A DNA stretch of 64,000 bases from Hamiltosporidium tvaerminnensis FI-OER-3-3. Taxonomy: Eukaryota > Fungi > Microsporidia. Shown here in pieces: positions 1-11,741 of the stretch. The translations under genes and the position numbers were made by a program. The notes below the pieces were generated by a model. That model was given only the letters and a program-made list of their open reading frames with translations, did not search any database and was not told the origin of the DNA. The stretch's first letter is position 1. The number at the start of each line of letters is the position of its first letter. Location: contig CM061247.1 of assembly GCA_022605425.2 (NCBI GenBank), forward strand, positions 1,612,001-1,676,000, read 5' to 3'.

Positions 1-649
1 TCTAGGAATATAAATTCACAGTGTTCACAGATAGTATGAAGGTACATTTTCTGCTAAATGCAATTACGCATTTATTTAAATCTCTTTGTATTTTATAAGT
101 AAATATTTCTCATTTTTCTTATTTTTATGAATCATGGCTAACAAATTATAAAAAAGCTCACAAAAATTTAGAAAAAATTTTAGGTTTTTAAATAAAAATT
201 AGAATATATGAATGTTTGTTTACAGTTTTTTTCCTTTCTCTACTAAGAATAATACAATATAGAAGTAAATTAAGGCTTGGTTGTTTTATTCGAGCGCTTT
301 GGGGATTTTCTTTGAAAGCTTAGGCTTTCGGTTTAACACAAACCTTTCCTGTTCGATGGATAAAAAGTGTCTAAACCCTGATCCAATTAGGCTATTCAAA
401 ACCAAATTTCGATACTTTTACTAAATAAAAATTGACTTTTATGTAATATTAAATTACGAATCAAATGCAAATCAATTTTTTTATTTATTTTTTATTAATT
501 TAAATTAAATTTCGTTTAAATTACCCCATATCTTCTAATTAAACACAAGTAAAGTCTTTAATACTAAATTAGTAGTAAAACTATTCAAGTGATCCTCAAA
601 AATACGTTTGTAAAAAAAGAGCAGACACCTGAATAGAAAATGATTTGCT

Positions 650-1250
650 ATTTGATATAATAAACCGAATATGTTTATTTTATAAGAAATTAGACGGGAT
701 AACCCGTTTGAGGTTGGAATTACTTCTCAAGACTCACTTCAAATAGTTGAAACTGAAAAACTTAAAAAGTATGACGTATGAGCCATCATGTCAACTTTTA
801 CCTATAATTAAATGTTGAAAAGTGATTCTATATTTGATAATATGGATTGGTATTGTATCGAAATACATAAAAATGTACTTTAAGGTGCTTTATGTATATT
901 TACAAATATATTCAGTAGATATATTTGAAATCAACCATAAAAATTCTTTTTATCAAAGAATGTGATCTGAGTTAAGACCAGATGAGAGCAGAAAAAAGAC
1001 ATCCGGATATGTAGTACAGAGAACTAATATACGAGCAACCGACACTTATTTCGAATATATACCAACTAGAAATGATCACACACAGACGAATACCCGTTTA
1101 AAAAATACACGATTTAAAAAAATGGCTAAAAACAAAGCAGAACTCAAAGTATAAAAAAAACAGTTAAAATGTTATATAAATAAATCCGAGAACAGGGTTA
1201 AAAGAAACAAACAACCAAGGAAGAAGAAACATCTAAGATTAAATAAAATT
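650..1250 (+). mobile_element. Degenerate 3' fragment (REL endonuclease region) of R4-like non-LTR retrotransposon
   Basis: 710-774 translates EVGITSQDSLQIVETEKLKKYD, nearly identical to the element at 47006-50204; stops and frameshifts on both sides. Confidence 0.85.
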
Positions 1251-1364
1251 TATTTTTAATTCTCATTAAATGAAACAATTTCAAGAAATTTAATATTTTT
1301 TTGTAAAAAATAAATTATTGCAATATTTAAAAAAATAACTAATTTTATCTAAGATGTATCAATA

Positions 1365-1590
1365 AAATACTTACTTATTCCATTCCTTTTTTATCTCTTG
1401 GCGGCGAGGATGAACAAATGACACATTTCCATTTATTTCTTTTAATCTATTGTAGCTCAGAATTATAGGGGATTGCCATATAGATCGATGTGGTTTATAT
1501 CCTACCAGAATCTCAGCAATGATTTTCACACGAATTGTCACACTCGTTACCAAGCAGATAGTTTTTAATGTGGTTATCCTTCTTCCGCCT
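1365..1590 (-). repeat. Short variant of the dispersed fossil-ORF repeat (family F)
   Basis: Minus strand ggcggaagaaggataaccacattaaaaactatctgcttggtaacgagtgtg aligns with the family F start at 8171(-), and over its full length with 5238-5460. Confidence 0.7.
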
Positions 1591-2114
1591 TGAATACTTA
1601 AAATCTAAACTATAATTTTACAAAATAAACCCACGCTATTTTTTACGATGCATTTTTCAGATATTTCAATAAATATTATTTTTTTTTTATTTTTTTAGGA
1701 ATTTTGATGATTAAATATTTATTGCAAAAAAGAATAATTTTCTATTTAAAGAATGGTGTGATCATCAATATTAAGGAAAGAAACGATAATTATTAAATCA
1801 TAACAGAAATTTATCAAAATATAATTATATTTATCACTAATTTTCATATGTCAATTGAACAGGAAAAATTCAATATTTTTTCTGGTAATTTTAGTTCTAA
1901 AATTTATTAAATTTTTAAAAATAGAAATAAGAGCTTATTGATTCGAATGAAGTCAATATTTTTAATATTATAAAGCTGTCATGTTAAATTTTGAAATATT
2001 TTTTATGTTTTTATGAAAAATGGTTTTTATATTTTAATTTACACTTTTCTTAAAGTTTTTATAAATTTATTTCAAACGTTTAGAATTTGTAAGAAAATAT
2101 AAATTTTAGGTAAA

Positions 2115-2595
2115 ATTTTCTATTAGAAACAAATTCTCAATAAAATTTATATATAAAGAATTTTCAACTGAAATTATTTTTTCAGAAAAAAATTTTCTTT
2201 TTGAGATAATTTTTTGTTATAAAATTTATAAAAAAGAATTTGCTATTTGAAATATATATTTTTTTAAAAATTTTCTTTTTGAAACAAATTCACAACAAAA
2301 TTTATAAATAAAGAATTTCAACCGAAATAAATTTCTTGAAATAAAATTTTCTTTCTGAAACAAATTCACAACAAAATTTATAAATAAAGAATTTCAACCG
2401 AAATAAATATTCTTGAAATAAAATTTTCTTTCTGAAACAAATTCACAACAAAATTTATAAATAAAGAATTTCAACCGAAATAAATTTCTTGAAATAAAAT
2501 TTTCTTTCTGAAACAAATTCACAACAAAATTTATAAATAAAGAATTTTCAATCTTAAAAAAAAATAAAAAATTTTCTTTTTAAAACAAATTTTCT
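2115..2595. repeat. 76-77 bp minisatellite, ~6 units (about 3.5 near-perfect)
   Basis: gaaacaaattcacaacaaaatttataaataaagaattt recurs at 2281, 2357, 2434 and 2510; degenerate units at ~2127 and ~2203. Confidence 0.9.
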
Positions 2596-2661
2596 AATTT
2601 TTTTATTTGAAACTTCGTTTTATATTTTTCTTTAAAAAAAAATACCCATAAAAACTAAGGA

Positions 2662-5043
2662 ATGTTAACAAAGAGAATTATTTACCGACCGTCTGAATTT
2701 TTATTTGTTGTAGAAGGAAAACATCCTTCGTATCATTCTCATCCAAGAATAAAGAGTGCACCGCCTATTCCTATTACACCTATCGTTGAACCATTAATTA
2801 AGCCACCTACTAAAGAATCACTTGATCTCGTATTTGCGGATGGAACCGTATTGACACGTGAAATGGTAGAAGATTATAATGATTACGAATTAAGTGATGA
2901 AGAATCCTTAAAAGAAGCAAAAGAACCAGAAAAGAGAGAAGAAGAATTACCAGAAAAGAGAGAAGAAGAATTACCAGAAAAGGTATCGATTGTAGAAAAA
3001 TCGGAAGCTCAAAATATTGTAGAAATTTCATCTTCTTTGCAAAATTTGTCTATTCAAGAATCAGAAGAGACATTAAAAATTGAAGAAAATCCTTTCATTC
3101 AAGCGACTGATATAACAGAAGAAATAATTGTAAATCATGAAGAATTAACAAAGGAGACCGTTGAAGAGGTGGTTGAAGATTTTATACCCGAATCGATTCC
3201 AAAAACCACACCGGTCGTTTATAAATTTAAAAAAACTATCAATCGTAATTTACCTGCCGAAGAGACACCTGTCTATAAATTTAAGAGCAAAAAAGTTTCA
3301 GAAGTCGTAGAAAAACAAATTCCCACACACATTTACAAAGTTTCGGATATTTTTGCGCTGACAAAACGAAACCCTGTGGAAATTAAAATTGATAAAAATA
3401 TTTTCCCGAAAATTTCAACAAAAGTTCCTCACAAAACAGAATTCTCTAAAAATAAAGATGATCCAGTTGCTAAATTCAGACTTAATCTCAACAGAGTCAC
3501 AGATAAAAACGTTCGTGATGTCATAGAATCACTCATTCAACAAAGCAAAGGACTTCTAAAGGCTGCATCGATTGCTAAAATGGCACAAATTCTTTTTGAA
3601 AAAGCTGTAAATGAATCAACTTTTATAAATTTGTATGCTTTTATGGCGAGCAAGCTCAATAAAGTTTTAATGAGTGACGTAGAAAAAAAATCAGAAATTT
3701 GCGATCGAACAGTTTTTTCTTCGACTCTTCTAAATTTGGTAGAAGCAAACATCAATGAAACGGTTTTATGGGAAACCAAAGGAGACGACAATTTAGAGAA
3801 AATAAATAAGGCGCTTGAAAAAATTAAATTGGAAAGTCGAGCTTTGAGAATGGACAATGTAAAAATATCTGAAGAAACTGAAAGAGAAAATTTGGAATAT
3901 GAAAGAGAGTGTATCTTGATTGAAATGAAGGACAGAAAAATGGGTGCAGTTCGTTTCTTCAGTTTGCTTTACGATTTAGATGTGATTCCATACAATTCTC
4001 TATCTTTGTATGTCAAAAAATTATTTTCGGATTTGACATATGAAAATCTTGAAATTTTAAGTGTGATATTTGAAATTCTTGCATCCAAATTGAAGACCAA
4101 TAGATGCAGTGTTCAACTTTTCAATGAAATGAGAGAAACTTTAGTTAAAAATAAAAGCATTTTTGACAATCGATTGAGATTTATGATTGATGAAATTTTA
4201 GAAAAAAATGATGCTACAGGTAGTTCATCAAAAAAACTTGAAGCCAGCAAAATTACGATTGGAAACGATGGAAGTGTCAAAACATCAACAATTTCTAAAC
4301 CCAGAGAAGTTTACAGGACAGCCAAGAAAAATATCGCTTCTACAAATCGATTCTCTGCCTTGAAAGATTTAGAATTGGAATCTTCTGATAATAAAGTCGA
4401 ATTAAATTCAGAACCTCAAATTTTGGATAAAATCGAAATAAATTCCAAACCTGAAATTTTAACTAAAGAAGAATTGAATAAAATAAGTTTTGTACGAATT
4501 AAAATGGAAGATTTTTCTTCGATGGACGATGAAGAAGAAGAATGGGATTTACTTGTTAACGATGTAGCAAATGATATAAAATCTAACGTAATTAGTAAAG
4601 AAGATTGGTGTAAAGGATTCTTTGTATTTTGTATGGAATCTAGCAGTGATGAAATCGTTGAGAAACTTGTTTTGTGGCTCAAAAAATTATCAAAAGAAAT
4701 AATTCTTCCGAGTGAAATTAAAATAGGTGTTGAATGGGCAAGCCAGGTTTATCCAGAAATGCATGACTTTCCACTTGCAGAACGTAGACTTTATGTTCTA
4801 TTGGTTCATCTACGAGCTACTCAAAGTATTGATAAATCGTGGTTTTTACAAATTTCCAATCCACTTTTTAAAGAAGTCAGAGATTGTATTTTAAAGAAAT
4901 TAGCATTTAATTTTAAGAATAGAATAAGTATAGAAAGAATTATAGAAAATGACAGTGAATTTCTTTCAATTTTATCGCGTATTGAATTACAGGAAGAGTT
5001 AAGAAATAAATGGCAGTCTTGTTTTAGAGGAGCTGACAAATAG
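2662..5043 (+). CDS. eIF4G: Translation initiation factor eIF4G (MIF4G plus MA3-like C-terminus)
   Basis: MIF4G signature FRLNLNRVT...LFEKAVNESTFINLYA...MGAVRFFSLLY...RLRFMIDEI; NRFSAL motif; C-terminal helical domain ending DFPLA; CCC upstream of ATG. Confidence 0.85.
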   Translation: MLTKRIIYRPSEFLFVVEGKHPSYHSHPRIKSAPPIPITPIVEPLIKPPTKESLDLVFADGTVLTREMVEDYNDYELSDEESLKEAKEPEKREEELPEKREEELPEKVSIVEKSEAQNIVEISSSLQNLSIQESEETLKIEENPFIQATDITEEIIVNHEELTKETVEEVVEDFIPESIPKTTPVVYKFKKTINRNLPAEETPVYKFKSKKVSEVVEKQIPTHIYKVSDIFALTKRNPVEIKIDKNIFPKISTKVPHKTEFSKNKDDPVAKFRLNLNRVTDKNVRDVIESLIQQSKGLLKAASIAKMAQILFEKAVNESTFINLYAFMASKLNKVLMSDVEKKSEICDRTVFSSTLLNLVEANINETVLWETKGDDNLEKINKALEKIKLESRALRMDNVKISEETERENLEYERECILIEMKDRKMGAVRFFSLLYDLDVIPYNSLSLYVKKLFSDLTYENLEILSVIFEILASKLKTNRCSVQLFNEMRETLVKNKSIFDNRLRFMIDEILEKNDATGSSSKKLEASKITIGNDGSVKTSTISKPREVYRTAKKNIASTNRFSALKDLELESSDNKVELNSEPQILDKIEINSKPEILTKEELNKISFVRIKMEDFSSMDDEEEEWDLLVNDVANDIKSNVISKEDWCKGFFVFCMESSSDEIVEKLVLWLKKLSKEIILPSEIKIGVEWASQVYPEMHDFPLAERRLYVLLVHLRATQSIDKSWFLQISNPLFKEVRDCILKKLAFNFKNRISIERIIENDSEFLSILSRIELQEELRNKWQSCFRGADK

Positions 5044-5237
5044 TAGAACATTAATAATAAAAATGGATTTAAAAAGAATATTTTTACTTATTTTTTTGAT
5101 CTTTTAATTCTTTAATTTTGAGTTGTTTTTTTTTAAATTTTTACTTTAACTTTTTGATTTTATTTTTTTGACTTGAATTGGTTGAAATTAAGGTTTTAAG
5201 ATAAAAAAGATATGTAAATAATTTAATTTTTTTTAAG

Positions 5238-5460
5238 GGTGGGAAAGAGAGGATACCCACATTAAAACCCGTTTTTTAGATAATGAAGGTGTACATTTGG
5301 TTTACAAATCATTTTGGGATTTTAATTAAATAAACTACCCTAGATTTCTAGGCTAAATTCTTTATAATCCCAGTTATAACTGATCAAAAAAAATGGAAAA
5401 TTTTCATTTTTTTATCCTCGACACCGAAACGTAAAAGAAGAATGGAATAGGTAAGTAAAA
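5238..5460 (+). repeat. Short variant of family F repeat (diverged)
   Basis: Aligns with 1365-1590(-); ends NGKFSFFYPRHRNVKEEWNR* versus NGNVSFVHPRRQEIKKEWNK*. Confidence 0.65.
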
Positions 5461-6408
5461 AAACTAGTAAAAGTATCAAATAAATACATTTGGCTAGAAA
5501 GATAAAGAAATATCGAATCTTGGAAATAATTAAAAATGAAGTCACTGACAAAAACTAAATATACGATCTTATGAGATATTTTCTTTATATTATATTCAGG
5601 TTTTTTCCATATTTTTATAGGCTTGTAAAGCGAATATTTTGCTTATTACTGCACCAGAAACGATATAAAAGATAAAAATATTTTTTTGAGTGATGAGCAG
5701 CAGCAAAAAATAGAATTTATATTTGTAATGCAACCGTAAAATTTATTGATGGAAAAATAATCAATCTTGTCTACCTTGTTTTGTAACTTATAATGAGCTA
5801 CTGACAATACTTGAAAAGAAAATAGGTTTTTAAATTCTTAGCTTACTGTATTATTACTATGGTTTAACGCTTTCATTGATTTATATTTCCGTTTATTCTA
5901 CATAAAGACTTTGTTCAAGTCATATTGTGTATTTCTAAATTATTATAAAATCAGAGATTAAATATCTGTATTCGCAGTAATTTTAAAAAAAAATCAGAAT
6001 TTTCAACTTTAGTAGATTTCCTTAGAATGAGTTACGATATACAACGACTTTCTAGATAATTTCCTGAGAAAGCTCCTTTCTGTTTTTGAATGTTTAGATA
6101 TAATTATACATTTTTTTATTCTTTAAAAGCTAACGAAATATTCAATTTTTTTATAGTCATCGAAGGCGTTCAAATTTTACTTTTTTTTACTAATTTATCT
6201 TATAAGAAATTAAAAAAAGATATAGAGCAATGGGATAGAACGAAAAAGCAAGATATTTCGTTTGATTAAATCAAATAATTGGAGTCTATTTAAAAATTTT
6301 AATATCAAATTGTTTTCAAAGCATACAAATATTTGCAAAATACAAAAAAAATTACAGAAAAAAAATATTGAGAGAGAGTATATCGAATTATATTGACAAA
6401 TAATATTT

Positions 6409-6627
6409 CAACGCTAATGGTATTGTAGTGAAGATATCGGAATTTAATTACGAAGGACCGGGGTCGATCCCAAGGTCGGTGAGCCTTTTACTTGCGAAAG
6501 AAGACTTGCCTTGTATGACAACCTAAACAATCAAAAAAAATGTCGCTGGAGTGCCTATACTTGGCGAAGCTCTAATTTACTCGTGAATTGTGTTTTATAA
6601 GTAGGAAAAGAACTAGCTAATATAAAA
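6409..6627 (+). mobile_element. tRNA-derived SINE, copy 1
   Basis: tRNA-like head with A-box-like tggtattgtagtg and B-box-like gggtcgatccc; ~140 bp body shared with 32790-33022(-); A-rich tail; flanking direct repeat aaataatattt at 6398-6408 and 6628-6638. Confidence 0.75.
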
Positions 6628-6982
6628 AAATAATATTTTAGCAGTTATTCATCGGTTAATGAACTAATTCTTTTAAGATTTAATCATTCAATGAATTTAC
6701 ATAAATTGAAACTTTATTTAATATTTAGACGCGATATTAGCAAATAAAAACAATTTGATGATTTTCAATTTAGAAAAAAGTAAAAAAAAATGCGGATTGA
6801 GATATTACTTTTAAGAAATTGAATTGAAAGATTCCTGGGTTTCAAAATAATTAAGAATAAAAATTTCTGAGCTTAAAACAATAGCAGAGAAATACTAAAC
6901 TATTTAAAAAATTGGTGGGTAAATCTTTATTGATGTGCTCTTATATGCTTGCTTTTAATCATAATATTTTAAATCAGTAATC

Positions 6983-8171
6983 TAAAGAATATAAATTCAT
7001 TAAAGACGCAATTACTTTCAGGGTTTCCTTTTTTAAATATACGGAATATTAATTTCAAAAACGTGATTGTGATTTAATTTATAAAATAAATTGCTCCAAT
7101 GTTATTTTTTTTTTCATACTGAATGTTTTGCTGAAATTTATTTCAATGATTTTTCTTTTTAGAAAAAAAAATGTCAATTTGTAAAGTTTTTTAAACTTCT
7201 GCAAAGAAATGTTTTACAATTTTCTTTTATAGAATCCGTTTGACACTGCGGCCCTTCAAAAAATACAAGTTGTATTTTTTGGCATAAAAACATAAAAAGG
7301 TTTGCTAATTTTGATAGGAAAAGTAGAGTGTGTAGTATAAATATTACACATGAAGAGTTTAGAAGTGAAAAATATATTTGATAATCCCATATATTTAAAA
7401 TTTATAAAATACAAGAAAAGGTTTAAAATATTTTACAAATTATGTTGAAACCTGAATTTTAAAACATCACATCTTTTTAAAACAGTGGCAAGTGTAATAT
7501 TTGTTTTCATGACATTAACGCAGTTTTAGGGTTAACATAAATAACTGCTACCCAACACTCCATCGGTAACCCCTGCGATACCTACATCCCAAAGCCTTTC
7601 ATCTACCAGATGTGTAGAACCCATTTAATAGTCGAGTCAACTGCCCGGTGCGTGTTAATATCGTTGCATGAAGTGTGATCGAAGGCCGAAGTCCCCGGGC
7701 TCCCCGAAAACTATGCCGCATTACACTTACTCTACACTTTCTGAACCAAATGAACTTCTAGCTAAGATATATTTCAGAGATTTACATGGGGCCCACCTAG
7801 ACAGTGCAATGTCATACCAACAGGTATAACCTGCTACTTAGCTCTCCCGCCTTTTAATGGATTTTATTTTTATATCTCCCAGGCACCAAGTCTTCTACCC
7901 GAGTGAGCAAGGCTAAGTTTCCATGTTTTTACATGGCAATTACCTACATGTTCAGGTGCGGTCTGCAATCTAGTCACATAAAAACTACAAATAAATTTGT
8001 AGAAAAAGTTTCTCCATTTCGTAAACCTATCCTCCTTTATACAAACTTCCATGGAATAACCGAGGAAATAGTGTGGTTTATTCCCACCAAAAATCCAAAC
8101 AATGATCTCACACCAGTTCACACACTCATTGCCAAGAAGAAAGTTTTTTATCTGGTTATTCTTCCTCCACA
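6983..8171. repeat. ~1.2 kb direct duplication, partner at 19265-20452
   Basis: Near-identical from taaagaatataaatt through ~7850/20130, then clearly more diverged. Confidence 0.9.
7484..8171 (-). repeat. Family F dispersed repeat, copy 1 (decayed coding sequence)
   Basis: GC-richer ~690 bp block homologous to 19767-20452, 58918-59612 and 60420-61100; synonymous-biased differences in the minus-strand frame. Confidence 0.85.
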
Positions 8172-8419
8172 TAATCAAGTAAAAATAAATGTTTATATAC
8201 TTTTACTTTTATTTTTCCCTCCAAAATTTTTTATCGTAATCAACTTTCAAAATAAAACCATTTCCTTCTATGTTAACATTTCCTATTTTAAAAATAACAC
8301 ATATTTAAAAAAAAGAAAAAAACAAAGTAAAATTAGATCCGCTTAATTACGACTTTCTAAACAGTTCTTTTTTCAGCGTTAACGTTTTCTAATTCTATAA
8401 TATTACTATTAAAACTATT

Positions 8420-9669
8420 TGTCACCGTAAAGACATAATCATAAAAAAAGAAACAAACAAAACGCGTTTAGTTTTTGTATTCATGTCAAAATCATTTTTT
8501 TAACAAAACCTTATCACCAAAAATAAGATTTATTCTTGTTTTATTTAAAGCTTTACATTCTATGATTCTTTTTTACCTTTTTCAAAGTGTTACTTTCTTC
8601 GGTACTAGTTAAAAGATTCCTATAAATTTCAGAAGCAATAGTTGTTGAAGATGAAGCAAGATATCTAGGCCCATTTAATTCATTATATATTTCAGACGCA
8701 ATCGCTAAATTCCACGGTGTATTTATATCCCAAATCATGTTTTCTTGCTGTTAATACATCAAAAATTATTTCGTCAACAAATACTAAATCATCCTTTAGT
8801 TCCTCTGCACTATATTATCAGAAAGAAGATTATAAATCCAGTTGACTATTAAAAGGTTGTAATGATGATTTATTTGAGGCATTGCGTATTGTCCTATTAT
8901 AAGCTGAATGACATCATCATAAAAACCTATTCATCCTTTTGTACCAGCAACATATAACTTTTTTTTGCTAACTATCTTTTAATGTTTGATTAATACGTTC
9001 AATTTGTCCAGAGTCTTTGGATTATATGATCTTCTATATATAATTTGAATGTTAGGAGCAGTTAAGTATGTTTCCAGAAATTCATTGTAAAATTCCACAT
9101 CATTATTAGAATGAATATCTACATAATACCAAAATTATCAAAAATAAATTTTAATGAATCTTCTACGGACTATGAAGTCTTGTTGATCGTCTTAACCCTC
9201 GTGAAATGCGTTGAATAAGTGTCAATTATGTTTCAAGTCTAATAATCCCATCATTTAGATCAGCGTATCTTCTAAAATCTACACAATCAATCATAAATAA
9301 ATTATATTTTTTTTGTAAATCTATTCATTGCAAAGAGTCATTTGCTTGGAAATTTGTTTCCTAATAACATATTATTGCATCTCGAAACATTTAGTCAGTC
9401 TTTAATATCAAACAATAGCAAGCCGTAAAACCTTGCATCGAGACTATTTGTATATGTATTGCCTGCTAATCGTTTAGTTTCAAAGACTGTAATCTGACTA
9501 TACAAGTATAGAAATATCATAGGAACAAGAGACTCTGGAGTAAATCCGAAATAACCCGGAATTATAGGATAGGAAATATAATCAAATAACATATATCTAT
9601 TTTAAATAAAGCGTTTTATTAGTACTTTGAACAGCATTAGAAATAACGGGGTCACTAAGGACCGTGACA
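8420..9669 (-). pseudogene. Decayed DDE integrase (rve-type), possibly a Ginger-like DNA transposon relic
   Basis: Minus-strand pieces across frameshifts: RFYG..DIK, IDCVDFRRYADLNDG, IIDTYS, IHSNNDVEF, GQIERINQTLK, YNRTIRN; no RT or RNase H adjacent; termini TGTCACCGT (8420) and ACCGTGACA (9669). Confidence 0.75.
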
Positions 9670-11741
9670 ATGATTATGTGTCTGTTTTTTCTTCGCTTAC
9701 AAATGAATGCAAAAATTAAAGCGAACTTTTTCAAATGTTTTATATTTATTATTTTGGTTATTAGCATAAAACTTAAATTCCTAGTATCAAACTTTAAAAA
9801 AACAACTTTTCAGAAATCAAAGAATCTTTAAATCAAATTAGCTCATTATTTGTTTTTTTTATTCAACCATTTTTAACATCTTATCTGGCATATTTTTATA
9901 ATTCGCTTTTTATTCTATATTTTTCTTAGATACTTTAATTCTACCTATAATTAAGTTTATAAAGATTTATACCACGCTTCTTTAACATTTCCTTTTATTT
10001 GCCCATTAAGCAACATGAAAGCGGAAATTTGAGCATTTCATATTCCTAAGTATACTCTCGTTTTTATTACATTGTCTCTATTACTCATTTATTATAATCG
10101 TTTCACATTTTCGATTAAAAACATGTTTCTTCTATATTTTTGAGTATTTTTATATCATATATCCAGAATCTTATTAAATTAGTAAGTTTCTGAGATATAT
10201 TTATTTTATTTCAATACTATAACAGCTCAGACTATCGCTAAAAATAATTTCAAATTCGATTTATAAATTCTCTAAGATCACAAACCACCATCTATTGTTG
10301 TTTCATATGTTTCGGTTTTTACAACCTGTAGAGAATTTGTCTGCAATATATTTCAGTCAACGAATATTATTACATTATCATCTAAAATAATTATATCTGA
10401 TCTAATTGTTTTATTTCAAAATATTTTACTCTTCACCGACAAATTGGTAGCTTTTTAATTAGTTCACCAAGACTAGGCTTTAAATTTAAAAAGATAAATG
10501 CTGACACCAAATCATTTTATGCAATGTAGAGTAATAAAATTTCTAGTACCTTTAACACCTAATTCCAAAGCGATTTGTAGTTTCAAAAATTGCTAGAATT
10601 TTAATACCTCTTCAAAACTCAAAAATACATTTAAGTCTAATACAAAAAAATAGATCGATTTATAGATTTGTATTTTTTCTCAATGTAACTGATATTATTA
10701 TTCGAAAAGCAACGTTATTATTTCTAGAATTAAACAATTAGATGTAATTTACCATTTTGTACCTTGTCGGTATATTTGTTGTTGAATATATACATATCTA
10801 TTTCTAGAACTGCTCTGTAAGTCCATAACCTTTTTGTAATTCTTTATCAGTTCATATATGCTTCAATATTATTCTTTACATTTGAAATTGCCATTTTGTT
10901 AGTCAAGATTTCTCTTTTTGGTATAGAATTCAAGAATTGCAAAAATAATTAAAATTCGCTACTTAATAATGCGCAGCCGTTCTACGGATTCGATTGAAGG
11001 TTTTTCGATAGTATCTATATTTTATGGAGTTCAACTTGTTCTTTGCAAAGATACATGCTTGTATATTTACACAATATAAGTCGAAATAGTCCACTTAGAA
11101 CACAGCAAACAATAATAGATAAAGAATTTGCCTTATTATTAGCCGCAGGAAATATAAATTTTCCAAAAATTAATTCGGGCTGCAACCTCTCTCGAGACAT
11201 CCACTTAATAAATATATCTGGTAGAAACCAGGTCTGATATGGATTTTAATATATTTATAAATCAGTGAGAAAATACATTTGTAAATGTTCTTTTGTTTTA
11301 TTATTCCTGTCTCTTGACATTTATTGATCTTTCTCTTCATAGGAATAAGAAACCAAAGTTTAAAGGCCTTAATAAAAAAAACAAATAAATGTTTTTTTGT
11401 ACAGAAAAACTCACAAAATATATTTGTTTAATTCATTAAGTTTTTCTCTGTCTGTCTTTAAATAAGTCATTTATTAGATTTACTTAGCTATTTATAGCTT
11501 AGTGTTGGTAAAAATCACCTAATTTTAGAAAAGTAGAAGCATCAATAACCAATTCATTGGTGTTAGCTCCTCTAAATATATTACACCTCTTGTATAAATC
11601 GGAACAATTTTACTACTCTATTATATTGGTTTATGCGCAGAGCTCTACCTGAAAATTATTAGATTAGTTGTACAGTTCTCATTTTTAAGAACATAAAACT
11701 ATTTTAAATTTTTAGAAGAAAAATCTTATTTAAATAAAACC

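Noticed and set aside
2115-2595. CRISPR-like array
   Set aside because: Units are contiguous with no unique spacers; eukaryotic context; no cas genes.
2810-5051. Antisense and overlapping short ORFs within real genes (also in RPB3, SPT5, 36190, CysRS, HAD copies, RT)
   Set aside because: Shadow frames without homology or start context.
7484-8171. Family F as solo LTR or MITE (TGTGG...CCACT ends, TATA-like tract, next to an integrase)
   Set aside because: No TSDs, homology runs ~35 bp beyond the putative end, other copies lack TG starts, and substitutions show codon bias. Not fully excluded.
9900-11350. Possible decayed LRR or other gene (similar tracts at ~5600-6300, 24900-25800, 37100-38700, 53500-54300)
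   Set aside because: Coding-like composition but no recognisable motifs or long frames.
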